A stretch of 29,693 bases of DNA from Caecitellus pseudoparvulus (lineage: Eukaryota > Protista > Bigyra: Bicosoecida), in contig CBFFRQ010000099.1 of assembly GCA_965644315.1 (NCBI GenBank), positions 1 through 29,693 on the forward strand. Reading direction: 5' to 3'. Under the pieces are notes generated by a model. That model made no database searches. It was not told where the DNA came from and worked only from the letters and a program-made list of their open reading frames with translations. Shown here piece after piece: positions 20,825 to 29,693 of this stretch. The translations under genes and the position numbers were made by a program. Position 1 is the first letter of the stretch, and every line of letters begins with the position of its first letter.

Positions 20825-21282
20825 GGATCGGCAACCACAACTTCTGGCGAAGGTTTAGGCATTTCTACCACTACATGGTGTGAGGCACCCGATTCTGCGC
20901 CGCAGGGAGGCTCGGCGTGCTGGCTACGCAGCTGGGCGAAACGCCTGTTTGAGGCACCACCACGCCACGCACCTGCCGCCAGCTTCATGGCCCGCGCATG
21001 CCCACATCGGTGGTTGGAGAAGTTACTGGGATTCTTCCCTCGCCAGTGACACCCTGTTCGCAAACAGTGGTAGTGTGTCCTGGTCACGAGGTCAGCTCCA
21101 GAGGAGCGACCCTGCGAGGCACGCAACCACTCAGCCTGCTCTTGCCTCCGGCGCGCACAGTGCACGCAGTGACGGGCGTCAGACGAAGAAACTTTAATCA
21201 GGAACGGCCCTTGTTGCAAGTTCAATGGCGGAGACGGCGCTGGAAGGGCCGTGGGCGACGCCGCGAAAATGGGCTGGTCCAT
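20812..21282 (-). CDS. Small zinc-finger-like ORF inside the transposon (separate gene or first exon of the transposase)
   Basis: CVHC...THYHCLRTGCHW...NFSNHRCGH. It is on the same strand as the transposase ORF, overlaps it by 13 nt and starts ~150 nt inside the TIR. Confidence 0.5.
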   Translation of the reverse strand: MDQPIFAASPTALPAPSPPLNLQQGPFLIKVSSSDARHCVHCARRRQEQAEWLRASQGRSSGADLVTRTHYHCLRTGCHWRGKNPSNFSNHRCGHARAMKLAAGAWRGGASNRRFAQLRSQHAEPPCGAESGASHHVVVEMPKPSPEVVVADPCAC

Positions 21283-21430
21283 GCCAAAAACAGCGCCTGT
21301 GGGGCTAATGCCAGCCCAAACAATAAATCAAAGCCTGCAAATATCCTCTATGGGATGCCAAAATTGCGCCCTGTCAGCGAAAATACTGGAGGTGGTGCGA
21401 GAATGTTTTGCCCATTTCCAGTATATTGCC

Positions 21431-22103
21431 ATGCCAGCGGCGCCTTGGACTCGACAGCGCCGTCCTGCGGTACAGACGATGAAGACTCGTGCAGGCCACT
21501 CGCACCCGAGCCCGTCAGCGTCGCAGAATGCTCCACACGGGCATCCACCGCCGAGGGCCGGTGTCCGGCGCCAAGTCCGCTCAAGTCCACCTTGGGCACC
21601 TGTGTGGAGGGATCCTCCGCGTGGCTTGCTTCGGATAAGCAGATGAAGTTGTTGTCCATGTCCAGAGTCATCAGCTTGATCTTGCGATCGGCGCCAGTGG
21701 TGATGAAGAGGAAGTAAATGGCAGCGGACTCCCTGTCCACCCGCAGAGTCGGCATGGAGTAGCTGATACACGGCTCCATCTTGTGTCGGAAGTCCTTGCT
21801 CATGGGCACGATCTGCGTGATGCTGCCCTCGTGTTGGGGTGCCATCTCAGCCATCACCCGCCAGTCCATCCACGATAACTCCGTGACATATGCAGAGCGC
21901 GGTGCGCCGAGCACGGCCAGCAGTCGCCCGTGTGATGTGCCCACCAGGATGATGTCGTTGGGGGTGGGCATGCTGGGGCGCCGCGCATTTACCACGATGG
22001 CCTCTTTCTTGCTGTGCCTTGAGCAAACCAAGCTGACAGTGACATGCACATGGTGTGCTGCGTGCAGCTTGGTATCGTGGGTCAAAAAACATGACACATA
22101 CAT
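21431..22103 (-). CDS. WD40/beta-propeller-like coding segment, interrupted by the transposon
   Basis: DIILVGTSHGRLLAV and QHEGSITQIVP...FLFITTGADRKIKL resemble WD40 blades. The frame runs into the TIR at 21430 (KAPLAW|QYTGNGQN). The start is uncertain. Confidence 0.55.
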
Positions 22104-22320
22104 GTACCCGAGCGGGCTTTATCGCCAAGCACTTTTGCGCTGAACAGAACGCTTTTGCTGCACTAGGGAGCAGATTGGGGCTCCGGACAACACTCTGATC
22201 AGCCAGCCAAACGATGGCATCGTATCTAACCCGCGCCAGGCCAGGCTAGGTACACCTCGACGCACAATCCCGCTGCCCGACCAGCACTTCACTTGCATTA
22301 ACCGACAAGCTGCCTTCGCA

Positions 22321-24321
22321 TTACATTCGCGCTTTGCGCTTAGCCCGTGGCTTGTGTGCTACAGAGCTCCTGCGGCGCTTTGCTCGACCCAGCGATGCTG
22401 CTGCCCTGCCTGCTTTCCGTGCTCGGAGAGCACGAGCTTTTGTGGGTGGTCGTGATAGCGTACCTTGTGCTTCACAAGCCGCAGCCAACAGTCCCCCGTG
22501 CTTGGCAAGGCCATCACCATCTACGATGTGCACACCAGCAAGCTGCACGTGGTGCGCCATATCGCTTGAAGCACTTTCGGGGGTGACGGGCAGCTCTGCT
22601 TTGATGGCAGACCCTGGGTGGTCCATCTCATCAGCCGCATGGGGGTGGACCCCATGGCTCGCACAGTGACGGTACACAAGAAGGCTTCCGAGCGCAATGT
22701 TGGGGCTCAGGTCCTCTAGCCAGCCCGCGTCAACTGCGTCGCTTATCCACGCAACTGCATCGTCGTGGGCTAATGCTTCGACAGCAAACACGTTCCTGCC
22801 TGTCTCCCGAACAGTAGCCTGCAGCACATCATCAGGGGGGACAAGGCTTGCAATAAGCTTCTGCCTTGACACGGAGAAGGAAGCAGGTGCAAACGTCAGA
22901 AGTGGGTCGCTGCGCAGCCAGTCTACCGTGTCTGGATGCAGGGCTGCCAGGAATGCTTCCATCACACGAAGCTTGGTTGGACTGCTTGCCTGCTCAATTC
23001 GTTGCTCCTCACACTTTTCAAGCACTGGCCATGACGTCAAAGACGTCAAGCCCTGCCTGGCCAACGCCTGTGTCAAATCCCACACACGCTGCGGACTGTG
23101 ACCGCAGACCTTCAGGACATGCTCCAAGAATGCCTGCAGTCTACCGTGCGGGCTCATGTCGTCTGTGCCCTCTGGGCAGGACTGACACAGCTTGTCCAAC
23201 CTTTTGGCCGTGTCCACATTGGCAGGATGTGGCTGCCACGCAGCATTGCGCGTGTACAAGCAGAAGGACGGGCCCGAAGCACCACCAACATGTGACAGAA
23301 GGTATGCCATCAGTGATTCCTGCGTCCAGTGGCAGCTCTGCAACCGAATGTATGTGAGGCGGCTGCCCCAGTTACGGCGCAAGCGAGCGTGGGTGTACTC
23401 CGGCGGAAAGACATCGCGCCGGCTGCCAGACCTGAACAGCCGGTATGTGCGGGAGAACCTTGCACAAAGCACCATGCCAATGGCAGTGTTGTTCATGCGA
23501 GGCACGGCATCCAAGCCATGAAGCCATGCTCCAGCAGATTGGGCCGAGAAATGGGTGTCCATGAACAAGAACTCCACTTCGTCAATGAAGACAATCACGC
23601 CTACACCAGACATTTTCAACAGGGCGCTTGCTACGCTCATTTTGGTTTGCGTTGTGGTAAGTAGCGCAAAAGGCCCACGTGCCACTTGTGGCTCGAAGTC
23701 ACTTACCCTGTCTGGCGCAGCCTCAGCCAGCTCAGACAGCGTATCAGCGAGCCCCAAGCGCTGCTTTGCTTTGCGCAGATGCTTCACGATCATGTCCAGC
23801 AGATGTGTGTCAAAGTCGTCGCTATCTGATGCTTTGTGGGTGGACAGGTCGATGTAACAACAGACAGTAAGTTTGTCGTCCTTTGGTGAGGCCGCCGCTT
23901 GGGAAGCGTGAAGGTGGGCAGCAAAGGTTTGGAAGAGGTATGTCTTGCCGATGCCCTGCGGGCCTGACAGCACGTATGCCTCGGATACGGCTGTATCGAG
24001 GTGTAGTTCAGCCGCGAGGTAGCGCAGTAAATCTAGCTCGGGAAGCAGGTGTGGCAGGGGGAGCACCACTGGAAGATGAGGGTTATCCACCAGCCCACGC
24101 CATGAGACCAGCTGTTCCTCCTCGTACCACCTCGCACCTGACAGGTACAGGCGCTCGAAGAGCCCAACTGGGGCCTTTGCATCGTATTGGTAGCGAGGTC
24201 CTGAAACGCCTGGAAAACTGGTGTTGACAAAGTCACTAGCCTCCTTGTCTCCGCCAGCAATTCCGCTGTTGCATCCTGCAGCAGCGAACTCAATCACTGC
24301 GGATGAGAGAGCGGCTCCCAT
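22321..24321 (-). CDS. P-loop NTPase (AAA+/STAND-like) of unknown function
   Basis: Walker A YVLSGPQGIGKT, CCYIDLS strand, Walker B VIVFIDEVE, then a GMVLCAR strand. The first ATG is at 24321 (MGAALSS). The C-terminus is basic (KRRRSS..KPRAKRKARM). Confidence 0.75.
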   Translation of the reverse strand: MGAALSSAVIEFAAAGCNSGIAGGDKEASDFVNTSFPGVSGPRYQYDAKAPVGLFERLYLSGARWYEEEQLVSWRGLVDNPHLPVVLPLPHLLPELDLLRYLAAELHLDTAVSEAYVLSGPQGIGKTYLFQTFAAHLHASQAAASPKDDKLTVCCYIDLSTHKASDSDDFDTHLLDMIVKHLRKAKQRLGLADTLSELAEAAPDRVSDFEPQVARGPFALLTTTQTKMSVASALLKMSGVGVIVFIDEVEFLFMDTHFSAQSAGAWLHGLDAVPRMNNTAIGMVLCARFSRTYRLFRSGSRRDVFPPEYTHARLRRNWGSRLTYIRLQSCHWTQESLMAYLLSHVGGASGPSFCLYTRNAAWQPHPANVDTAKRLDKLCQSCPEGTDDMSPHGRLQAFLEHVLKVCGHSPQRVWDLTQALARQGLTSLTSWPVLEKCEEQRIEQASSPTKLRVMEAFLAALHPDTVDWLRSDPLLTFAPASFSVSRQKLIASLVPPDDVLQATVRETGRNVFAVEALAHDDAVAWISDAVDAGWLEDLSPNIALGSLLVYRHCASHGVHPHAADEMDHPGSAIKAELPVTPESASSDMAHHVQLAGVHIVDGDGLAKHGGLLAAACEAQGTLSRPPTKARALRARKAGRAAASLGRAKRRRSSVAHKPRAKRKARM

Positions 24322-24562
24322 CCCTTCACCGGTATGTTCAGTTTCTTTTTGAGTCGTACGGGTCCGTGAACACTGGCGCGGCTGTTGTGCGGCACAGCGC
24401 CAGTGTGAAGCAGGTAAATATGACGAATATGCCTCGAAACGCAAGGAGCTCAGGTGCCCACCTGATCCACAGGAAGGGTCCAAATAGGTGGGTGATACGC
24501 CAAGCGGTGAGTAAACCAAAACTTTCGCCAACAGCGCTTGAGGATCTTCGGAATGTGAGGAT

Positions 24563-26675
24563 CAGGGATCTCAGGGGTGTCCGGCTCCGCCACCCCCCGG
24601 GTGTCCGGCTGAGGGGGACTTGGGCATCCTGCCGGACACCCGGGTGTCCGGGAACTGGCCTTCGGCCAGTCCCCGTACCCCCCCCCCTCAAACACCTCAA
24701 TAAACGATACCCTGTACTCCATAGCATCGCTTTCTGGGTAGAATATTTCTTCTTGTGCCATCCTCTGTGAATCTGTGTACCTCTGAAAGTGCTTCACGTT
24801 GAAAACCAAATCCACGGTAGAGCGCACAAGCAACTTTGTGATCATCTTTGACCACATGTAAAGATATTGCTTCAGTTTTGCATCTGGGCAAGCAATCTTG
24901 TCCTACTCAACACGGTACCAAGCCCAAATAGTGCAAAATGTGCGCGATGTTGCTTGTACGGCGCTGTTTCGGTTGGCGTGGTGATCTGTGGTCTGTGTGG
25001 TGTCGCTTGCCTGGATGCCCAGATCTTTGCGTGGACAATCCTGTACAAGGAGCGAAAGCTATGAGGGGTGAAAGAAGAATGCAGACACACTTTGCGGTGA
25101 AACCTTGCCCAAATCGCGCAAAAGGGAAGGAGTATCACGCAGGCGGAGGCGCCCTCATTGACCTCCCGGATCCACCCGCCTGGACCATCCTTGAAACTTG
25201 CCTCCGCAAGCAGTGTCTCGGGCCCGAAAGAAAGCCCGTCAAGAACAGTGCCTCAAAGTTGCCTCTGCATTGGAAAGCTCACTTCAACACCCGATCAGCT
25301 TCCCCACACGTCAAGAAGCGGCCCCTGCTTCCCTTCAGCGGACCTCGGCGCCTACTTCGGACCGCTGGGAGGCGCTCCTCCCGCTCGTACCCTTTTCTTG
25401 TCACCAACAGCCCGGCGCAAAGGAGCAGCTGAAGCCCCAACAAGTGATCATGCACGTGCAGCAGGAGCAACTCGAGAGGAAACAAGCCGCCCAGCAAGCC
25501 CATCCTGGCTCTTGCCGAGTGTCTGGCCCTGCTCCTGACGCCCAGGGTCGACTGAAGAGTTGCACACTTTGAAGCGTGGGTTCAGCCAGTCCTTGATATG
25601 CCGAGCAACAAACTACTGATTGGAAAGCAGCAGGAGTTGGCTGCCAAGCAGTTGTGTGTGCCCTGGTCCTCTTTCCACTGGCACACCAGTCGGTCAGCAA
25701 GGAGAAGAAGCGCTCAGCGCCTGCACTTGTGACTGGTGTTGAGAACACTGCCTGCGCTACACGAGAATGGAGGGGCCAAACAGCTGTCTCCCTCTCCACC
25801 ATGCTTCCAGATCCTTGCAGGGTGCGGCTTGCTATTTGCCGTCGCTGCCGAACTCATTGCGAGCAAGCTGTCGTTGACTCCCACAGAACGCAATAAAGTC
25901 ACGCCACTCATCCTCGAATTGGAAAGCAGTCCCTGCGTTGCCGTCCAACAGGTGTAGCAGCTCTGTTTCACCGTTAATCTGCCCTCAGCAAAGGATCATG
26001 ACCAAACCACGGACTACAGCAGACTCGGGGAGCTCTCCAGGCTCTGCGTGCGTGCAGTACTTGGGGATTGACTTGTTGAAGTGTGCCAACCGATGACCAG
26101 CGTCTGGAAGAGGGCGTAGCAGGCCCATGAGGTTCCACCTGGCGGCAATGACCACGCCCCACTCCTTGAGCCTCATCCAGCCCCAATCCGCAGCCTGGAG
26201 GCACAGCGCAGCGACGGTGGCTTGAGCGCGCTGTAGAGAAGGCATGTCTCCTCTCCCAGGATCCGGGGCACACTGAAGTCTCTCACCGATGTCAGTGAGG
26301 CGCACTGCTCTGCTGCACGCCCTCTGCCATGATGATGCAGGGACAGCAGTGAAACGTGACCGAAACTCCCAATCACTGCACCTCCGTTGCACACGAATCT
26401 GGTCTTGCTCAGGAACCTAGAGGCGTGTATATCAAGCCCCTAAAACCAAATCATTGATGTGATTTGGTGTATTGACGGCAAAGTGGGACTTGACCCTGCT
26501 TGGGAACCAGAGCTGGCAAACAGGCGGAGGAGGCTGAGCGTCTCCCAGCGCCTTGGACACGGGCGGCGAAGGGGGGGGGGGTCCACAAGGGGGGCACCCC
26601 TCCTCAGGTTGGGGTGTCCGGCATCTTAGCAAAAAAGGTGCGGAAATAGCTTCCCGGACACCCCTGAGATCCCTG
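24563..26675 (-). mobile_element. hAT-derived non-autonomous or decayed DNA transposon, 2113 bp
   Basis: Perfect 22-bp TIR CAGGGATCTCAGGGGTGTCCGG (24563-24584) / CCGGACACCCCTGAGATCCCTG (26654-26675). Subterminal G-rich GGGTGTCCGG copies at ~24599, ~24632 (inverted), ~24642 and ~26611. Internal hAT transposase remnants. Confidence 0.85.
25640..26400 (-). pseudogene. hAT transposase C-terminal remnant
   Basis: WPLHSRVAQAVFSTPVTSAGAERFFS matches the hAT C-terminal dimerisation domain consensus (P.L..A......P.TS...ER.FS). Upstream VIAARWN resembles the hAT TRW motif. Frameshifted. Confidence 0.8.
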
Positions 26676-26905
26676 ATTGCACAGCACCTCCTCATTGTGG
26701 AAATCGGCTCGCCTGGTGACAAATCACAGGGGCCCCTGGAGTTCAAACCAACCCTGATCCACCAACCCGTGTCGCACCCACTGCTCAACCAGCTTGGTTG
26801 GGAACTTTTTACTGGCACCACCAGCCAGTGGGACCTACTTCAGGGTCTCACCCAAGCACTTGCTTCGCAAAATCCGCACCTGCTTGCCTCTGTTTTGCTC
26901 TCCCC

Positions 26906-27307
26906 ATGCCTCCTGTTCACACCTTGGCACTCTCCCTGCTTACCATGGCGCTCGTATCTCAAGTTGATGCTACTGCAGCTTCTACTTCGCCGCTGCCCAC
27001 CCTTGAGGTCGTGAAACTGGCAACAAAGGCAGAGTACACGCCCGAGCAAGTGGTCGAGGCTGCTGGGAACGTGACAAAGGTGGTGCAGGGGTATCCCGGC
27101 TTCATCTCTCGCTCTTTTTCACAGCAAGTCAACGATGATGGAGTGAAGTCACCGACGCCGTGGATTGACATCGTTCACTGGACCAACATCACCGCAGCAG
27201 TCAACGCTGCCAAGCAGATCATTTCCACACCTGAAATGAAGGCTTTCGCTGCAACGATGGAGAGCTTCGACTTGCAGCACTACGAGGCCCAGTTTGCTAC
27301 ATCCTGA
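26906..27307 (+). CDS. Small secreted protein with a dimeric alpha/beta-barrel (ABM-like) domain, 133 aa
   Basis: ATG at 26906 gives the signal-peptide-like MPPVHTLALSLLTMALVSQVDA. The mature part LEVVKL..EQVVEAA..VQGYPGFISRSF..WIDIVHWTNITAAVNAA..MKAF fits the antibiotic-biosynthesis-monooxygenase-like pattern (PGF..R...W....A). Confidence 0.65.
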   Translation: MPPVHTLALSLLTMALVSQVDATAASTSPLPTLEVVKLATKAEYTPEQVVEAAGNVTKVVQGYPGFISRSFSQQVNDDGVKSPTPWIDIVHWTNITAAVNAAKQIISTPEMKAFAATMESFDLQHYEAQFATS

Positions 27308-27594
27308 CCCTTGTACGTCTGAGACAGGCCTACGTCAATGCACGCTGATTCGTGACGCAGAGTCGCCTGGAATCCCGCTCAAAGCACACGGCGCCCTTGC
27401 CTCAACAAAGCTTGGTCGCTCGGGGCAGAGAAGGGCTCACAAGCCACCATCCACAGTGATCACTTAGTTCCCCCCAGAGCACGCCACCCCCCACACGAAG
27501 ACGCAACACTCAAACTCGGGGTGTGTCAGCGTAATTCGGGCAAGCTCATGCCCTTCAGAAGCTCGCAGACCGAGCATTTGCAGCATTGCTCCGG

Positions 27595-29439
27595 TCACTT
27601 GCTGGCACTTCCTCTGAACAAAACCATTGCACACCTTCCATGTCTCGTGCTGGTGCCCGACCAGACTGCGTCTCGGGCAGCCTGCTCCACGACCGCACCC
27701 GTACTGAGTCGAACGTGAGCTAGCATGGCGCGGTCGCAAGTCAGGGCAAGCAGCTCCCTGAGAACGGACTGGTGTCCGTGATTTGCTGCCCATCTGAAGG
27801 CTGCCTCGGCGCCACAGCGGTCCCGTGCATGCACATCGACCTGCCGCGGCCCTGAAAGCGCCAAGAGCTTCCGGACCACGCCAAGATGGCCACCAGAGCA
27901 AGCCATACGGAAGCCATGTTCCTTGCCAGCTTTGTTCTGAGCATGCACATTCACTTCCCGGGCACCCTTCAATGCGAGTAATTCAGCGACAACCTCAGTG
28001 TGCCCTTTGGCGCAAGCCCATCGAAACGCATACTCTGGCCCTGCCCCATCGCGAGCATGAACGTCCACCTCTTGTGCGCCGGAAAGGCTCAGCAGCTCGC
28101 GTACCACCAGGATGTGGCCGTTTCGACATGCCTCTCGAAAGGCTGCCTCCGCCCCTCGCCCGTCGCGTGCGTGCACATCTATTGACCGCTCACCTTGCAA
28201 AAGAAGCAGCTCGCGGACAACATCCAGTCGGCCTTGTGCGCAAGCACCGACAAAACAAGCCTCGTGAACGGTGCCGTCGATGGCATGCACATCGACCTTC
28301 CGATCTCCAGTCAGGTGTAGCAGCTCCTGCACCACTTGCAGGTGGCCATTTTGACACGCCCATCTGAACGCGGCCTCAGGACCTCCGCCGTCGCTGGCAT
28401 GCACATCAATCGAACAGTCACCGGAGAGAGCAAGCAGCTCACGCACAACCTCCAGGTGGCCGTTTTGACAAGCCCCTCGGAGACCATGCTCCAGACCATT
28501 GAAATCACCTGCATGCACATCCACCTTGCGAGCACCGTCGAGTGCAAGCAGGGCTTGGACAACCCCAACGCGCCCGAAGGCGCAGGCCCAGCGAAAGGCA
28601 GCCGCGGGGCCTGCCGCATCGCACGCGTGCACGTCTACAGCTTGATTTCCTGCCAAAGCAAGGAGTTCTTGCACCACGCCCACGTGGCCCCGGCGGCAAG
28701 CCTCCCGAAACACTGCCTCTGGACCATCCTCATCGCCAGCGTGCACGTCAACAGCTCGGGGACCACGCAGCGCGAGCAATTCATGCACTACGCTGCTTCT
28801 CCCGTAACGGCAAGCCAACCTAAATGCAGCTTGTGGCCCTTCTTCATCGGGGGCGTGGACATCGACGGTTCTCGCACCGGATAACCCGAGAAGCTGCCGC
28901 ACAACCCCAACATGCCCGCGATGGCAAGATTCCCTGAAGCTGGCCTCCCGTCCACGCTCATCCGCGGCGTGAACATCCACCTCACGGTCTCCTGAAAGAG
29001 CTAGCAGCATGCTTACGATTTCCTCATGGCCATAGCGGCAAGCCACGCGCAGCCCAGCCTCGGGCCCAACTCGGTCCCTTGCATGGACATTCACCTCCAT
29101 CCCGCCGCGAAAATCTAGTAACTCACGCACGACGCCCACTTGGCCGTAGGCGCAGGCCAGTCGAAAGCCAGCTTCAGGCCCATCAGCATCTCCAAGGTGA
29201 ATATCTACTGCGCGCTCTCCCTCCGCTGCCAACAGCACTCGAAGCAAAGGTACGTGGCCAACGGAGCACGCCACGAAAAACGCCTGGTCCATGTCTTCCT
29301 TCGATATTCCCTCAGCAACAACCTCTTCAGGCATAGTCGACATGTGTATCAGCTCCATAAGCGCATCAGCATCATAATCTGAGCAAGCTCTCCTCCATTT
29401 GCGGCCCAGCTCCGCTTCATTGATTGCTGTCCCTGGCAT
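27595..29439 (-). CDS. Ankyrin-like repeat protein, 614 aa, 14 repeats of 38 aa
   Basis: Consensus GPEAAFRxACxxGHxxVVRELLALxGxRxVDVHAxDxx repeated 14 times in an uninterrupted ORF. Confidence 0.9.
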   Translation of the reverse strand: MPGTAINEAELGRKWRRACSDYDADALMELIHMSTMPEEVVAEGISKEDMDQAFFVACSVGHVPLLRVLLAAEGERAVDIHLGDADGPEAGFRLACAYGQVGVVRELLDFRGGMEVNVHARDRVGPEAGLRVACRYGHEEIVSMLLALSGDREVDVHAADERGREASFRESCHRGHVGVVRQLLGLSGARTVDVHAPDEEGPQAAFRLACRYGRSSVVHELLALRGPRAVDVHAGDEDGPEAVFREACRRGHVGVVQELLALAGNQAVDVHACDAAGPAAAFRWACAFGRVGVVQALLALDGARKVDVHAGDFNGLEHGLRGACQNGHLEVVRELLALSGDCSIDVHASDGGGPEAAFRWACQNGHLQVVQELLHLTGDRKVDVHAIDGTVHEACFVGACAQGRLDVVRELLLLQGERSIDVHARDGRGAEAAFREACRNGHILVVRELLSLSGAQEVDVHARDGAGPEYAFRWACAKGHTEVVAELLALKGAREVNVHAQNKAGKEHGFRMACSGGHLGVVRKLLALSGPRQVDVHARDRCGAEAAFRWAANHGHQSVLRELLALTCDRAMLAHVRLSTGAVVEQAARDAVWSGTSTRHGRCAMVLFRGSASK

Positions 29440-29693
29440 CGCACTGAACCAGTTTCCGCACCCTCTCTGCCTCGTTGGCGCTCCTGATTGTCAGCGCAAG
29501 GCTACCCAAGCCCACAAAGTTGAAAAATCCTTGTTGAGAAGAATGTGTGATGAGGTAGTTTGCTTGGCTCCCGTCCGCTCTCAGGTCCCCCCTGTCCACA
29601 CATCAGCGTGAGCTGCTGGTCCAAATCTGGTGCATTGTGCATCAATGCATTGCTTCACATGGCATGCCCTTCGCGGTGCCAGCTATCATTCCT

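Larger units (their letters stand above)
16424..21430 (-). mobile_element. ~5.0-kb DNA transposon with terminal inverted repeats (DDE, C/DxxH supergroup; Dada/MuDR-like transposase)
   Basis: 16420-16448 GCATGGGAATATACTGGAAATGGGCAAAA is the reverse complement of 21406-21434 TTTTGCCCATTTCCAGTATATTGCCATGC (28/29 match). The interval holds a transposase-like ORF. The ends are flanked by AT (or CATG if the termini are 1 bp further in). Confidence 0.8.

Noticed and set aside
16450-21400. Split tRNA or snRNA target, as expected for Dada elements
   Set aside because: I found no tRNA boxes or U1/U6 sequence at the element ends or at the internal A/B junctions.
16404-21447. GCGGCGCCTTG on both sides of the TIR element (16404-16414, 21437-21447) as an 11-bp TSD
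   Set aside because: The copies do not abut the TIRs symmetrically. They are more likely a short repeat (QGAA...QGAA) already present in the host gene.
24322-24531. N-terminal 70 codons of the 736-aa ORF call
   Set aside because: They begin at a non-ATG codon in a eukaryotic context. The first ATG at 24321 is the more plausible start.
24563-24660. Clustered GGGTGTCCGG repeats as a CRISPR-like array
   Set aside because: Short, irregularly spaced and in both orientations. They are explained as hAT subterminal transposase-binding motifs.

Overview
GC-rich, intron-poor eukaryotic (probably protist) DNA, dense in mobile elements. From the left: (1) an APE-type non-LTR retrotransposon RT ORF (1-3384, 5' end outside the window) with a ~840-nt 3' UTR. 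It is joined head-to-tail to a 5'-truncated, diverged sister element (~4225-5245). Both copies carry a ~200-nt terminal block with compensatory base-pair changes and both end in CTAACC. This tandem sits inside the N-terminal part of a PIF/Harbinger-like transposase. (2) A disrupted multi-pass membrane protein gene. (3) A decayed inverted paralog of the outer parts of the element in item 6. (4) Three degenerate ankyrin-like gene remnants. (5) A large SPRY + EF-hand + transmembrane gene. (6) A 5.0-kb TIR element (16424-21430) encoding a 1246-aa DDE/DxxH transposase-like protein and a zinc-finger ORF. It probably separates the gene in item 5 from a WD40-like upstream part. (7) A P-loop NTPase gene. 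(8) A 2.1-kb hAT-derived element with perfect 22-bp TIRs. (9) A small secreted, bacterial-like dimeric alpha/beta-barrel protein. (10) An intact gene with 14 ankyrin-like repeats of 38 aa. All calls come from manual motif reading and by-eye alignment; no database searches were run.
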